Assembly (NCBI GenBank): GCA_018985235.1
Contig: JADGIG010000039.1
Coordinates: 1-35,084 of the forward strand
From: Sanchytrium tribonematis
Taxonomy: Eukaryota
Reading direction: 5' to 3'
DNA: 35,084 bases
Below, in pieces: positions 1-11,563 of this stretch; position 1 is the stretch's first letter; each line of letters opens with the position of its first letter. The notes beneath the pieces were generated by a model, which did not search any database, had not been told where the DNA came from, and saw only the letters and a list, made by a program, of their open reading frames with translations. The position numbers and the translations under genes are program-made.

Positions 1-190
1 TTTAAGTATGGGAATTGGATCTGCTTTACAATCTACTGGATTGTATTTTTTTGGGTTGCAATTACATTATTTGGCGATAAGTGCATTCTTGTATTTTCAG
101 TCTAGATCTTTGATCACTATTAAGGCAGTTTTACAGAGCAGAATAACGATCCTAAGTGTTATCTCTGATCAAACAGACATCTTATGCTAA
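1..190 (+). CDS. Probable 3' end of a gene truncated by the window edge (hydrophobic, unidentified)
   Basis: Frame 2 is open from base 2 to TAA at 188-190 and abuts the stop of the convergent gene at 191, typical packing here. Frame 1 is also open to TAG at 103-105, so the frame is ambiguous. Confidence 0.3.
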   Translation, partial: LSMGIGSALQSTGLYFFGLQLHYLAISAFLYFQSRSLITIKAVLQSRITILSVISDQTDILC

Positions 191-1543
191 TTAAGACAAA
201 TTCAGTAAATATCGGATGGCTTCATTAAAATTAAGGGGAATTTTTTCATCCAAATGTCTCTTTAGAAAAAAATATTCACTTAAATGTTTTGAAAATGGAT
301 TATCTCTCACATTTTGAATTATCAAGAGATTTTTGAATCCTAAGTGAATTTGATCCTCCTGCTTAAGCAAATAAAGTCCATACTTGCATTTTTCGTATGC
401 GCAATAACCATTGTGGCAATTGTAATATATTTTTTTTAGCGTGGAATTTGATTCCTCGGTTTCTATAGATTTAATGTTTTCAAAAAGACACATAAGTCCA
501 TCTAGAGATTTAAATTCATAAGTGAAAAATGACATTTCCGGGCTGAAAAACACAAGATTTGCGCAATCATTATTGAATAAGTTCGGAATTATGCTTTTGC
601 GTAGAAATAAATCAAGGGTATCGAGATCTTTACACAGAACCCAATATAAGGCGACATATTGGTCTAGCGTAGCTGTAATTCTCCATTGACCTTGAAAGAA
701 ATCCACCAGAACAAAAAAGGAATTAAAATCATCTTCATTTGGAATTTGAAAACTAATTCGAAGAAAGGAGTTTGTCTTCAAGGTGTCTATGCGATATTCC
801 TCATCTGCAAAATTGGGTTCGCTGGATATTGATTCTGTTGACATTTGCTTTACCATTAATTGTTTGTAGCTTAATACGTCCAGAAAATGCAAAGACTCAG
901 CTAGGTCTCCCCCATACTTAATCTTAAATTTCCTTAAACCCAAATATTTGACTTTATGTGATAAAAATGAATATTTGACTTCAGAATTAAGCACATCTTT
1001 AATCAAAATTCTATCTTTGCAGCCCAGATGGTACTTTTGTGATTCATGGTCCTTGAAGATACAAGTTTGGCGCTCGTAAATTGCTCTTACTGGAGGGACG
1101 TCTTTTTTGGGAAATTGAGTCTCTAGGTTTACAAAAACATCAAATAACCCTAGAAGGTAATCTATGAAGTTACTGTACTCAAAAGTTCCAAATGAAATTA
1201 CGACTGATTCTTCTAATCTTAGCTCAGCCTTGTATTTCATTCCTATAGAGGAAATTGCGGCAAGTTCATCTACGATTTTCTTGATTCCAAAGGACACAAA
1301 AACCCAATTTTCATCAGTATATTTCACTTTCCATCCGTCTTCAAATTTAACACTTGCAAATGCTGATAGTCTGTCTCTTGAATCCTCCACATGTTCCCCC
1401 TCCCATAATATAATCTCCACAGGGTGTTTGGTTCTTATTCTGGTTGCAACGTCAAAACGCTCAAGTTTATACGATATAGCGAAAGACCTTTCCATAATCT
1501 CCAATATTGCGTCCTTGTTAAGTACTTTTTTTTCTAAACTCAT
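191..1543 (-). CDS. Hypothetical 450-aa protein with an internal two-fold repeat
   Basis: Long ORF with no family recognised. Repeated blocks LLGLFDVFVNLET/LMCLFENIKSIET and HLGCKDRILIKDV/HLGFKNLLIIQNV. Possible 10-codon first exon at 1564-1593. Confidence 0.75.
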   Translation of the reverse strand: MSLEKKVLNKDAILEIMERSFAISYKLERFDVATRIRTKHPVEIILWEGEHVEDSRDRLSAFASVKFEDGWKVKYTDENWVFVSFGIKKIVDELAAISSIGMKYKAELRLEESVVISFGTFEYSNFIDYLLGLFDVFVNLETQFPKKDVPPVRAIYERQTCIFKDHESQKYHLGCKDRILIKDVLNSEVKYSFLSHKVKYLGLRKFKIKYGGDLAESLHFLDVLSYKQLMVKQMSTESISSEPNFADEEYRIDTLKTNSFLRISFQIPNEDDFNSFFVLVDFFQGQWRITATLDQYVALYWVLCKDLDTLDLFLRKSIIPNLFNNDCANLVFFSPEMSFFTYEFKSLDGLMCLFENIKSIETEESNSTLKKIYYNCHNGYCAYEKCKYGLYLLKQEDQIHLGFKNLLIIQNVRDNPFSKHLSEYFFLKRHLDEKIPLNFNEAIRYLLNLS

Positions 1544-1684
1544 CTAACTTATAGATTTTTGACAGTTTCAGAAATTTGCGAGGTAAAAACCATCAGAAGT
1601 TTGTAAGCTAGATATACCAGACTTCTGATAAATTGGCAAGGGATTTGAATCTTCACTCATATTTGCCGTGATATTTTTCAAACA

Positions 1685-2841
1685 ATGACATTCGAAAATA
1701 TGTTTTCACAATTGACTCAACAGGAGCAAGAGCAAGATTTCTTGCTTCCTTATGATGTTTATCTTGAATTCTATAGAGAACATAACGGGCAATCATATCG
1801 ATCCGGATGGAGTAAGATTAAGAAAAGCATCTATGTTGATGTAGAAGAGACCAAAGCTGAGGAAGTTGCAAGGTGTGATTGCATGGGCGATTCCAAATGC
1901 TCTTCGGATGAATGTATTAATCGCTGCATGTACATTGAATGTGATCCTGCTCATTGCAAAAATTGTTTAAATCAAAGGATTCGCCATTTTGAATATTTAC
2001 AACCAGAAGAATTTGATATCAAATTTCACGAAAGAAAAGGCTGGGCATTTCATACTAATGTAAAAATTGAAAAAGGTCAATATATTTACGAATACACTGG
2101 TGAAGTGATTTCAGTTCAACTATTTAAAGAGAGGCTCGAGGAAATGTCAAAATTGAAAAATTATTATTTTTTGCAAATCCAAAATAGAGTCATAGATGCT
2201 TTCAAAAGAGGAAGCGAGGCTCGTTTTGTGAATCATTCTTGTGACCCTAATTGTGAAGTTCAAGTGTGGACAGTCAACCACGAAAAAAGAATTTGTTTAT
2301 TCGCATTAAGGAATATCAAACAGGGCGAAGAAATTACTTATGACTATAATTATTCTGCAGATATATCTTATCCTTGTTTTTGTGGTGCTTCGAATTGTTC
2401 AGGAATAATGGGCAAGAAATTAGACTCAAATCGCTCTTTGCTGGAATCGGCCCAAAGACTCACCGTTTCGCAATATAATGTATAAATTTATTGATTTAGA
2501 GTAAAAAAGTCTCACCTCGATATTTAAAAAGAAATTTACGGAACGAAGATCGAAATTCATTGGACGAAAATCAAAATATTGACTTCGAGTATGATTTTGG
2601 AAACAATTCTGTACAAGATTTTATGGGCCTACGAAATTTTTCTCAATTTGTAGATAATTTACTATCTAGACGACAAACGGAACATTTTTTGGAAAAATTT
2701 GAAATTGGTAAATTTTCAGTATTCCAGGCCAACGTCAAATTGCCACCCCTAGGAGTCGAAAAGGTTCAGATCGAATTATTTGCTTCTGAAGATGATTATG
2801 AAGAGCAATTAGAATCCCGAAAAAGGTTTCGGTGTGAATAA
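1685..2841 (+). CDS. AWS-SET-postSET histone H3K36 methyltransferase (ASH1/Set2 family); exons 1685-2479 and 2500-2841, 378 aa
   Basis: Cys-rich AWS (CDC..C..C.NRCMYIEC), SET motifs EYTGEV, ARFVNHSCDPNC and EEITYDY, and post-SET CFCGASNCSG. A 20-nt intron joins the 2560-2841 ORF in frame and yields YLKRNL, resembling the ASH1L post-SET FLxRN segment. Confidence 0.88.
2480..2499 (+). other. 20-nt spliceosomal intron
   Basis: gtataaatttattgatttag; phase 0; contains the in-frame TAA; removal fuses two adjacent ORFs; A at -6. Confidence 0.75.
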
Positions 2842-2854
2842 ATTATAATTTTAA

Positions 2855-4171
2855 CTAATCAATCTCTTTGAAGGAACCAAATTTTAAATTCCACTCTAAA
2901 TGGAACTTGATGTCTTTTTCGCATACACTGGTACCAACTTCTTTAAAAGCCTCTTCGAAAGAATTTTTGCTTATTGGGGGCAAAATTGAATTTGACTGTT
3001 TAATGGAATCACCTAGTTGCCGAACGCAAATACCTGCAGCACTTCTACAAAGCTCCTTTACATCACTGCAGGAAAATTTAACGGATTTTTCTACAATGTC
3101 TTTATAATCGTCGTCAGTCAGGGAAGTAATTTCATTTCTCAATAAATCACGAATCATCTTCTCTCTAGCTTCTGGATTTGGCAAACCGACGTATATTCTT
3201 TTCGTAAATCTTCTACGTGCTGCCTCATCTAGACAGTCCGGTCGGTTAGTGGCAGCGATTACCAAAATTCTATCCTCAGAGTCACTGTTCATCCCATCTA
3301 ACTGAACAAGGAATTCAGTTTTTAGTCCGCGAGCATTGTCCTTATCATCAGAGGTCCGCGCGGAGAGCAGGCTGTCAATCTCATCAATGAATATTATGGT
3401 AGGTTGTTTTGCTTTGGCGACAGCAAATAGAGCACGGACAAGTTTTTCACTTTCCCCAATCCATTTACTCGTCATGGAGCTAGCACTGACCGAAAAAAAG
3501 GTCGAATCACATTCTGAAGCAGCTACTCTAGCCAAAAACGTTTTTCCGGTACCTGGAGGCCCAAATAGTAAAATGCCCTTTGCGGGACTTCTGATGCCAG
3601 TGAAAATATCCGGTCTTATCATTGGCAATATCACAGTTTCATTCAAAGCTTGCTTTGCAAAATGAAGCCCTGCAATGTCTTTAAAAGTTAAACCAGTGGT
3701 TGAATTAACAATCAATGAATTTACCATTTCTATAAACTTTCCACCATATTGCTGTAAAAATTCATCCTCTGGTTGATTTTCCTTGTCATTCGAGGACTTA
3801 CTACCAGCCTGTCTAAAAGAAGAAAAATCTTTGACATGTACATTATCATCGGTCGCTTTGATACTGACTTTTGAATTAGTGATTGAAGATTTTCTTTTAA
3901 GCGGGCGATCTTCAGTTTGAGATTTGACTTCGACCATACAAATTACGTCCTCATTTTCTAATTTTTCTAGATATTCGATGTCAGAATTTGAGAGTTCCCC
4001 CACTGGTCCAGTAACTAACTCTGTATCTTCGAGTAATTTTAATAAGTCTGGTTCGACATAATTTTTTCTAAACTCATTAAAAATCTCATAGTCTTTCTGA
4101 TGAACCTCCATTTTTGCAATTTTCCCGAGCACCTCTTGTATGTTATTGAGAGTGCGTCCATTATATGGCAT
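2855..4171 (-). CDS. FIGNL1: Fidgetin-like (meiotic-clade) AAA+ ATPase
   Basis: IAGLHFAK, Walker A GPPGTGKT, SKWIGESEK pore loop, Walker B IIFIDEIDS, KTEFLVQLDG, ATNRP..LDEAARRR. First in-frame ATG is at 4171 (the track starts at TTG 4198). Confidence 0.88.
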   Translation of the reverse strand: MPYNGRTLNNIQEVLGKIAKMEVHQKDYEIFNEFRKNYVEPDLLKLLEDTELVTGPVGELSNSDIEYLEKLENEDVICMVEVKSQTEDRPLKRKSSITNSKVSIKATDDNVHVKDFSSFRQAGSKSSNDKENQPEDEFLQQYGGKFIEMVNSLIVNSTTGLTFKDIAGLHFAKQALNETVILPMIRPDIFTGIRSPAKGILLFGPPGTGKTFLARVAASECDSTFFSVSASSMTSKWIGESEKLVRALFAVAKAKQPTIIFIDEIDSLLSARTSDDKDNARGLKTEFLVQLDGMNSDSEDRILVIAATNRPDCLDEAARRRFTKRIYVGLPNPEAREKMIRDLLRNEITSLTDDDYKDIVEKSVKFSCSDVKELCRSAAGICVRQLGDSIKQSNSILPPISKNSFEEAFKEVGTSVCEKDIKFHLEWNLKFGSFKEID

Positions 4172-4373
4172 TTCTGTTTCAAGGAATTTTACGGTCAAAT
4201 GAATTTCTTGTTCAGTGAAGAGTTTTTCCTGTTTTCACATATCTATAATTTTGGACAAGCAAGTGTTTCTTCTAGTAATTTAACTATCAACTTTGAAGCA
4301 GACTATGATTTAGAAGAAAAAAGCCTTAAAAAAAGCACATCAAATTTATTCTAATAAATATATAGCATCTTTA

Positions 4374-5066
4374 TCACCACTCCAGCTTACAGGCATTTAC
4401 TGTTTTGTTTTTCTCTTTGCACAAACCTCCATTTTTAAGATCAAATGCCCAGCCATGTTTTTGACAGATTAAATTATTGCCTTCCACGTATCCATGTAAC
4501 ATGTCTACATTCTTATGTGGACAATATCTCATACATTCATAATTGATTCCGTTTGCATTTACAATTAGATTTTTGGGATTGTTGGGTGATATTTGGATGT
4601 TTGTTACTTGCACGGCAGCATTAATTGTGGATCCAGTCAGCATAGATTTAGCTATCTGAGCAGGCGTTAATTTTTCGTTTTCAACTGCAGTAACTAATCC
4701 TTCCTCTTTAGATTCTCCATATGATACACTTTTCACGCCTTTCTTTAAATATTTAAATGACATTATAGAGATTTTAAATAGTAGATCTTTCAATATGATT
4801 TTGATCTGCAACTTCTCAAAGCTTGATTTTCGTAATACATGGAGATCAGAAATTGTGAGAATGTTTTGGGCAATCAAATAATCAACATCTTGCTTAAAAT
4901 TATCATAATTCCAGTTTCTATGTGAAGCAACAGACTGAATTATAAATTGGATTGAGACTTGGTCATTGGGTGTCAATATGCTTAGTTCTGGTATAGCCGG
5001 TCTCAATTTAGAATTCTCAAAGTATTTCCAATTCTCGTTTTCAGAATCTGAACTGGAACTTCCCAT
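4374..5066 (-). CDS. Protein with a C-terminal Rieske [2Fe-2S] domain
   Basis: CPH-x16-CQKHGWAFDL Rieske ligand motif. First ATG at 5066 (MGSSSS) avoids overlap with the upstream gene and follows TTCTCCTTG. Confidence 0.85.
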   Translation of the reverse strand: MGSSSSDSENENWKYFENSKLRPAIPELSILTPNDQVSIQFIIQSVASHRNWNYDNFKQDVDYLIAQNILTISDLHVLRKSSFEKLQIKIILKDLLFKISIMSFKYLKKGVKSVSYGESKEEGLVTAVENEKLTPAQIAKSMLTGSTINAAVQVTNIQISPNNPKNLIVNANGINYECMRYCPHKNVDMLHGYVEGNNLICQKHGWAFDLKNGGLCKEKNKTVNACKLEW

Positions 5067-5094
5067 GAACAAGGAGAAATTTTCAAATAAATAT

Positions 5095-8000
5095 TTATTT
5101 TGTCGCAATTAATCTTTGAAATGATTGTTTATCTTCCGCGCTCAACGTACCAATATAGCTTTTAAAGATTTTAATATTTTCACTCTCCGTCAAATAATTA
5201 TTTATAATTCTAGCGTAATTTCTTTTTGCATCAATTTTTTTCCAGATGCTCAATAATAAAAGGAGTGACTTCTTTTTCTCAAGCGACTCTAGAAACGAAA
5301 AACATTCTTCTAAAAACAAGCCTTTGTGAATATGAGTCTTTTCGTGGAATTTTAAAATTGCGGTCACCACACTAGAAACAATCAGACGCAATGAAGATTC
5401 AACTTTGTGCTTCTGAACAACTAGCTTCAGGGCCTGGATTGAATACAATTGATTTGTTGAATTTTGTTCTAATCCTTTGATTAAATATTTGGTAATTTGG
5501 TGAATTTTATTTTCCAAAAGCGATGGGCTTGATGAACTGGATATGCACATCAATAAAAGTATGTTCCGCTCGGACACCTCTGCAAGTAATATATTTGTAA
5601 ATTTTTTATAGATCATATGGCTAAAGGAGTCTACTTCTATTTTTTCAAATAAGAATTTTAGATCAGGAAGTGCATCATTGATGGATGCATCAGATTTGAG
5701 ATTCATCAATAAAGCCATCAATATTTTTGATAACAACACATCGCTATTATCAGTTTTGGTCATAAACAATCCTGTTTGAAGTAAAATTAAGAAATTTTCT
5801 TTCGATCTATCAAGTTGCAAATTGTAGATGCATTTTTCAAATAAATCCATCAAAATAATGGGAGACACGCTAAACTTTTCAAATATTTTTAACACAGATT
5901 GCAAATAAGTGACTCTGACTGAGATAGGAATTTTGACTAAAAAATTAGTTACAAAAATATAAAAATCATTCAATACTTCATCTTCACTGAACAAAACATT
6001 GTCTTTGCCGATTTGCTCACACAATGCAGAGAGTATTGGTATTGCTCGTACAATAAAGCTCACGCTAGCATTTTGGTTCATTGAGCATATTAGCAAGCCA
6101 AATGATTGGCATAAAAACTTTTCACTTAAATTTTGCTTTACCAAAAATTCCAGTATCTTCAGCCATCTAGTTTCAAATTCCAGCTTGTTTAAATGTGGAG
6201 ATGTTAAAAACTTATTATTTTGAAAATAAATTTTGCACAGCACCTGTAAGACTTCCTCCTCACAAAGCACTCTAATTTCATTAACGTCATACTTGAATTG
6301 GAATTCTATCTTTTCATTATTTATAAAATCGTAGACCTCCAGAAAGCTAACAAAACAGGAAATTAATAGAACATTTGACACTGAAGATCGCTTTAAAGCA
6401 ATTTTGGATTGATCAAAGGCGGTTAAAAGCAATTGCATTGGCTTTTCAATGAGAATGCCATCTGGATCCTTAATACTTGTAATAAAAGTACTGGAAACCA
6501 AACAAGAACTAGCCACTAGAGCGTCTGGGGATGTTTTGCTGAACATAGGAGATAACGCGCTGGAAAATTGAGCGTGATATTGTTCAAGAATACTGTGATC
6601 TGGTAAGTCTGGATCTTGAAGCTGGGAAAAGATCTAAGTCAAATTAAAATACCAAAAGGCAATCTTGCAAAATTGTCAGTCCATAAAATTTCAATTCCAT
6701 ATTACTACTAGTTGAACAATTGAAAGAGATGCTAATCAAGTCTTGAATTTTGTTGATTAAAAACTTGGTGTCCCCTGTCTTGATGAGTTTAGTATTAAGA
6801 TGATTAGAAAAATCTTTTCTATTTTGCAAAACTTCAATCATTCTTAATAAACAAGCAGCAGAAGTTATTTGGCTATTTGAAGAAGGCAACAGACTCGTGC
6901 TAGATTTTTTTTCGGCGTGCGAAATCATTCCTTGACCCTCATCGTCTTCAACCTTCATATCAATGGTTTGCTGATCTTGGGCTTGGCGATTCAAAATGCT
7001 TTTCAAAAGGTCAAAAGTTTTTGTGAAATCTGTAAAATCTTCAACAGTAATAAGGCACATTTCTCTTATAAGGCCTAGTTCTGTCTTGTTGATAGCATCT
7101 TCGGTGGACATGATCAATTGTTGAAGAGGTAGTTTTGCATCGATATCCACGAATCCAAAGAGTAATTGTTTCAATAACTTCAAAGCCGATTTTCTAAGAT
7201 CTGTATTTTCACTCTGTTTGTAGATACTCAGCAATGACTTGCTTGTAAATGGCAACTTTGAACTAAATTTAAAGCTTATTAAAAATTCAAAAACATCAAA
7301 TGCATTTAAGCATATATTTGGGTTGTTTTTCACTATAAATGACGTGGCAAGATCAAGGACCTTTGTCTTACTATCACTCGCTATAAAATCAGCTCCTAAA
7401 TTTAATAGCAAATTTGATAAAATGCTTGACAAATTCCACTCGTAAAAATGATCGGCCTCCATACCCAGAACGTCGTTGAGAATGAAATATTCTTCAAAAT
7501 AAATATCGCTATATAAAGACAAATAAAGTTCCATATATTTTTGACCGGAGTTTAAAAACGGAGCTGCAGATACGTCTCTCAATCCCACTAATGCAGAAGC
7601 ATGAGCCAGCGGATGGGCATCTTGGATTAAAGATTTGATTACGTTATAAATTACATCAATACTTGGTTGATCTAAATATGCGCAGCTTTTAATCATCGAA
7701 GTTAGAAAAACAAATTGATAGTGACGTTTATCGACATCTGGATTTGAAATCGTTTTATCGAGTAGGTCTTTAACTATCGCACAAGCTGTTTGTTCATCTA
7801 AAGACTCTCCAAATCTACTCAAAAGTTCACTAATCAAATGAGGCACATCTGAAAATATATCTTGAGTATATTGGAACAATAATTTGTACGCATTGTTTGC
7901 ACAAACCGCATCAAGTTTGACTGAATTCCCCAGCATGCTGGAGAAGATAACAAATGCGGTTTTTCTTTTCAAAGCGCTTTTCACATCGTGGGTTTGCAAA

Positions 8001-10345
8001 AAAAGTCCACAGGTCTGGATAAATTGTCTTTGTACACTCTGATCACTTAAAGGTAAGCCTTTTTGGATAAACTTACAAAAAGCACTTATACAACGCATGT
8101 AGGGCATTGGAGATCCTATAGTGACAAAATTGTCTCTAAATGTAAGTCCTTTAAACACAGCAAAATCTAATTCGAAAAAGAATAGCTTCACATGAGTATC
8201 ACTGCTTATCCTATACAAATCAATGTATTGATTACTATTCAAATTGACGGCAGTAGCTTTTGGAAGATGATCTAAGAAGTGTAGCACAGTCCCCAAAAAG
8301 GATCCATTTGCTCTGGACTTATAGAATGAATTATGCTGCTCGACATTGAAGATATCGTATTCCAACTGAAAAACTAGTCGAGCATGCTTCTTAAATATAT
8401 TATCTAAATGTTTCACTAGTAGATTTTTACCGTTCTTGTGATGCTCACTAAGTAAAACTGTAGATTCAAATACAAGAGATCTGAACATCAGCTCACGATC
8501 ATTCAAGTTGTTCAAAACTTCCGTACGTAAAGAAACCATTGCTGTCAAGGACATTGATCCGAATAATGAGGGCAATTGCTCTGCTAATCTTAAATATTCC
8601 TCAAGCAAATCAGCTGCACTTTCCATGAATGATGGCCTATAATTTTTTTTAGATAAACACTTTCTTAAAAATCTCAGGCAACTTGTTGTTTCAGTGAAGA
8701 ATTTCAAAATCTCATTCTCTTTAATGGGAAATGCAGGAAGAATCATATGTCCTTTCATATCTTGCAAAAAGCCAACAACGTCTTGCTCAATATCAATGGC
8801 CACTTCTTGAACATCCATCAAATAGCCCAAAATTTGCCATCCACTATTTCTGACTAATTCTTGAACAAGAAGCAAATTATCATAATCTGCTCGAAAGTAT
8901 AAGCTCGATTTTACAATTTTAAGAATTATATCGAGATCTGTAGCAGTCATTTGCATGTGTTCACTCCAATAAACTAAAATGACCATCAAGGCCATGCTAT
9001 AAGCATAGTATTTTTTTAAGTAAATATCGGGGCTGACCGATTTCAACTTTGGAACGTCATCTTTTAAAAATGGATAAATCGAATTAGCCAATTTGCGAAC
9101 ATAGGACGCGTCTGCTTGCATAATTCCATATAAACAATACAATGAAGAAGTTATCAGAATGTCATCTTGATGTTCGAGATACCTAAATATGATAGTTTGC
9201 AAATTCTCAAAGGAAGTAACATTTGTACCTGCAAGTGAGATATAATTTCCAAGCTCCAGCATGCAAAAGCCCAGCACCCAAGTGTTAGGGCTAGGTTTGT
9301 TCGGTATTAAACTTGGCCATTGCTCCAAATACTCTATTAAAACATTAATTGCTGGCATGAATCCATCATCGTGAGTCAACAAAGAAGAAACATCTTTCCT
9401 CATTACAAAAGAAAGGCATGTATAAACAAAATATTGGTCGGAAAAGTACAACTTGTTAAAGGATTCACTCGAGAGCAATTTCGAAATGTGTTCTAAAACT
9501 AATCCATAACTTTGCTCCATGTATTTCTTACCTTTCATATTCAAATAGCGTCCCAAAACTTCACACAAATAAGCAACATAATCTCTTTCTAAAAATGCTA
9601 GTTCCATGTTACGAAATAAAGCTGGCAATACATCTGCCTCGGTAAATGATTCTATTTTTTTAACTTTCTTCTTCTGTTTTGTCATATCATCATCTTCATC
9701 ATTTTCCTGCGGTTGTTCCACAGTTTGCTTAGAGTAGAAATACAATAATGTACTCAATGCTTGGCTGCTTTTTTCACGGATCATATGCGATGTGACCATA
9801 TTTCTATCCAAAAAGATGTCCAGAATATTGAATATTTTATTTGCCTTGCTGACAATGGAGTGATTCTGGATGCAAAATATATAATATTGCTGAATAGCTT
9901 TTAATTTAATTTTTTTGTGCTCAAAGTGCATAAATCCTCGAAGTAATCGATAAAGAGTCAAGGTATTATTTTGGTCAACCTCGAGGTATTGCATACAATC
10001 CATGCTAAGCAGATGATATAAAATGGTATTAGATTTGTAATTTTTAATAAGTTTATAATAAATACCACTAAATTGAGATTGGGCTTGATAAGATGCATTT
10101 GCCAAGATGGAATCCAATATATCTAAAATAAGACAGATTGTAGAGTTGGTAATATCCTTAGATTCCAACATACCAATAAGTGTAGTAGATGTGTTCATCA
10201 GCATCTTTTGATCGGTTAGCAGCATCAAAAATAATTTTGGCAAAGTTAAGCGAGCATCAATATTATTGTATTTGTTTTGCTGGATATTCATTATGTGTTG
10301 GCTGATGATCAATTGAGGATCGCCTTTTGGGTCTAACAATTCCAT
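5095..10345 (-). CDS. HEATR5: HEAT-repeat AP-1 accessory protein HEATR5/Laa1; exons 10345-6653 and 6633-5095, 1743 aa
   Basis: Long all-helical HEAT-type protein. The spliced junction restores LIQDLISISF...GLTILQDCLL|IFSQLQDPDLPDHSILEQYHAQFSSALSPMF, matching the HEATR5/Laa1 PGHxILEQYQA-type motif. Confidence 0.85.
6634..6652 (-). other. 19-nt spliceosomal intron
   Basis: gtattttaatttgacttag on the minus strand; phase 0; joins the 1233-aa and 483-aa ORFs through a conserved segment. Confidence 0.9.
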
Positions 10346-10406
10346 ATTTAAAATCCTGTTTCAAAAAATTGCAAACATTGAGATTCAAATTTATTAAATT
10401 TATACA

Positions 10407-11522
10407 TTAGTCTTCCATGATCACGTCAATAAATTGATTGCCGTTGTCAATTTGCATTTCGTTTTTCTTCGATAGTAATTCTCGTTTAATTTCGGGAGAA
10501 ATTAGATGATGTCTTTTGGAATGATTCAAATCTAATAAAAGTTCAATCTGGCTATTTGAAAGGTCATTTTTGTATCTTTGGCAAAAAACCAGCAGCGATT
10601 GATACCACAAGACGGTCATTGTTTGCGAACCATTTTTAAATTTGATGAAATGCTTAACAACTGCATCAATAACCTTATATGGTAGTGCATATTTTTTGTC
10701 TAACAGAACTCTTAAAAAAATAGAAGTGCCACCAGAATAAGGAAGCTGTGTCAGCTTCAATATTGCAGCGCAAGAATGTAACACTGGAATGGTGCATTTG
10801 ACCATTATTGATGAAATAATGACTGCTTCTTTTAAAGTACAATTTTGCTGACACAAAGGAAACAAAAACCCTTTGAAAAAGGCTGAGGGTTTGTACAAAG
10901 CTTTTTTCAATGCCATGTACAAGTGGTAATTAAGTTTTTTCGTTTTCAGGATGTCTCTACGAGCAGCAAACAATAAATATTTCATAAACACAGTTGCTTG
11001 ATGTGGTTTCATTGTAGAAATATATATTCTAGAGGCATGAAAAAAGGTGTGTGGAGTCCAAGTGTCAGGGTTCGTGCATTGTAAATAAAATTCCCAATTT
11101 GGAAGTTTGGGAATAAATTTAAAAGCAACAGGTAATCTTCCGCTAGTGAACTTTGATAAAACATCTCCCAGCTCCTTGTATAAATTTTGCAATTGTAAGT
11201 CATAATCCTGGTCATCCTCTTTAGGAACAATTTTTTTCAATGACTCACTCAAGTCAACATGTGAAGGGAAGAACGAAGAAATAGCATTAAGCTCCTCCTT
11301 CGAAAGTCCTTCCATCGGCAACTCTTCATCATAGTCAGAATGGTCCGATATATCGCTCTTCTCGCTTTCAGCGTCCAATTGAAAATCCAGTTTTTTTTCT
11401 TGCATCAGGCTCATTATTTTTTGCGAATCTTTTGCAGTTAATTTGGTTTCCTTAAAAGACTTTTCACGCTTAGTCTTGCTCTTTAGAGCTGGCATGACCT
11501 GATCTTTTAAACTTTTGGTCAT
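10407..11522 (-). CDS. ENP1: Bystin / Enp1 (40S ribosome biogenesis factor)
   Basis: SGRLPVAFKFIP, LNYHLYMALKKALYKPSAFFKG, LLDKKYALPYKVIDA and VLWYQSLLVFCQRYK are bystin-family motifs. Confidence 0.95.
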   Translation of the reverse strand: MTKSLKDQVMPALKSKTKREKSFKETKLTAKDSQKIMSLMQEKKLDFQLDAESEKSDISDHSDYDEELPMEGLSKEELNAISSFFPSHVDLSESLKKIVPKEDDQDYDLQLQNLYKELGDVLSKFTSGRLPVAFKFIPKLPNWEFYLQCTNPDTWTPHTFFHASRIYISTMKPHQATVFMKYLLFAARRDILKTKKLNYHLYMALKKALYKPSAFFKGFLFPLCQQNCTLKEAVIISSIMVKCTIPVLHSCAAILKLTQLPYSGGTSIFLRVLLDKKYALPYKVIDAVVKHFIKFKNGSQTMTVLWYQSLLVFCQRYKNDLSNSQIELLLDLNHSKRHHLISPEIKRELLSKKNEMQIDNGNQFIDVIMED

Positions 11523-11563
11523 TGTACAACACTTGTTTTATCCGCTTTTTCAAAAGATTGAAT

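Noticed and set aside
81..100. gtgcattcttgtattttcag as a 20-nt intron
   Set aside because: It has a GTG donor, no A at -6, a CAG acceptor and no homology support.
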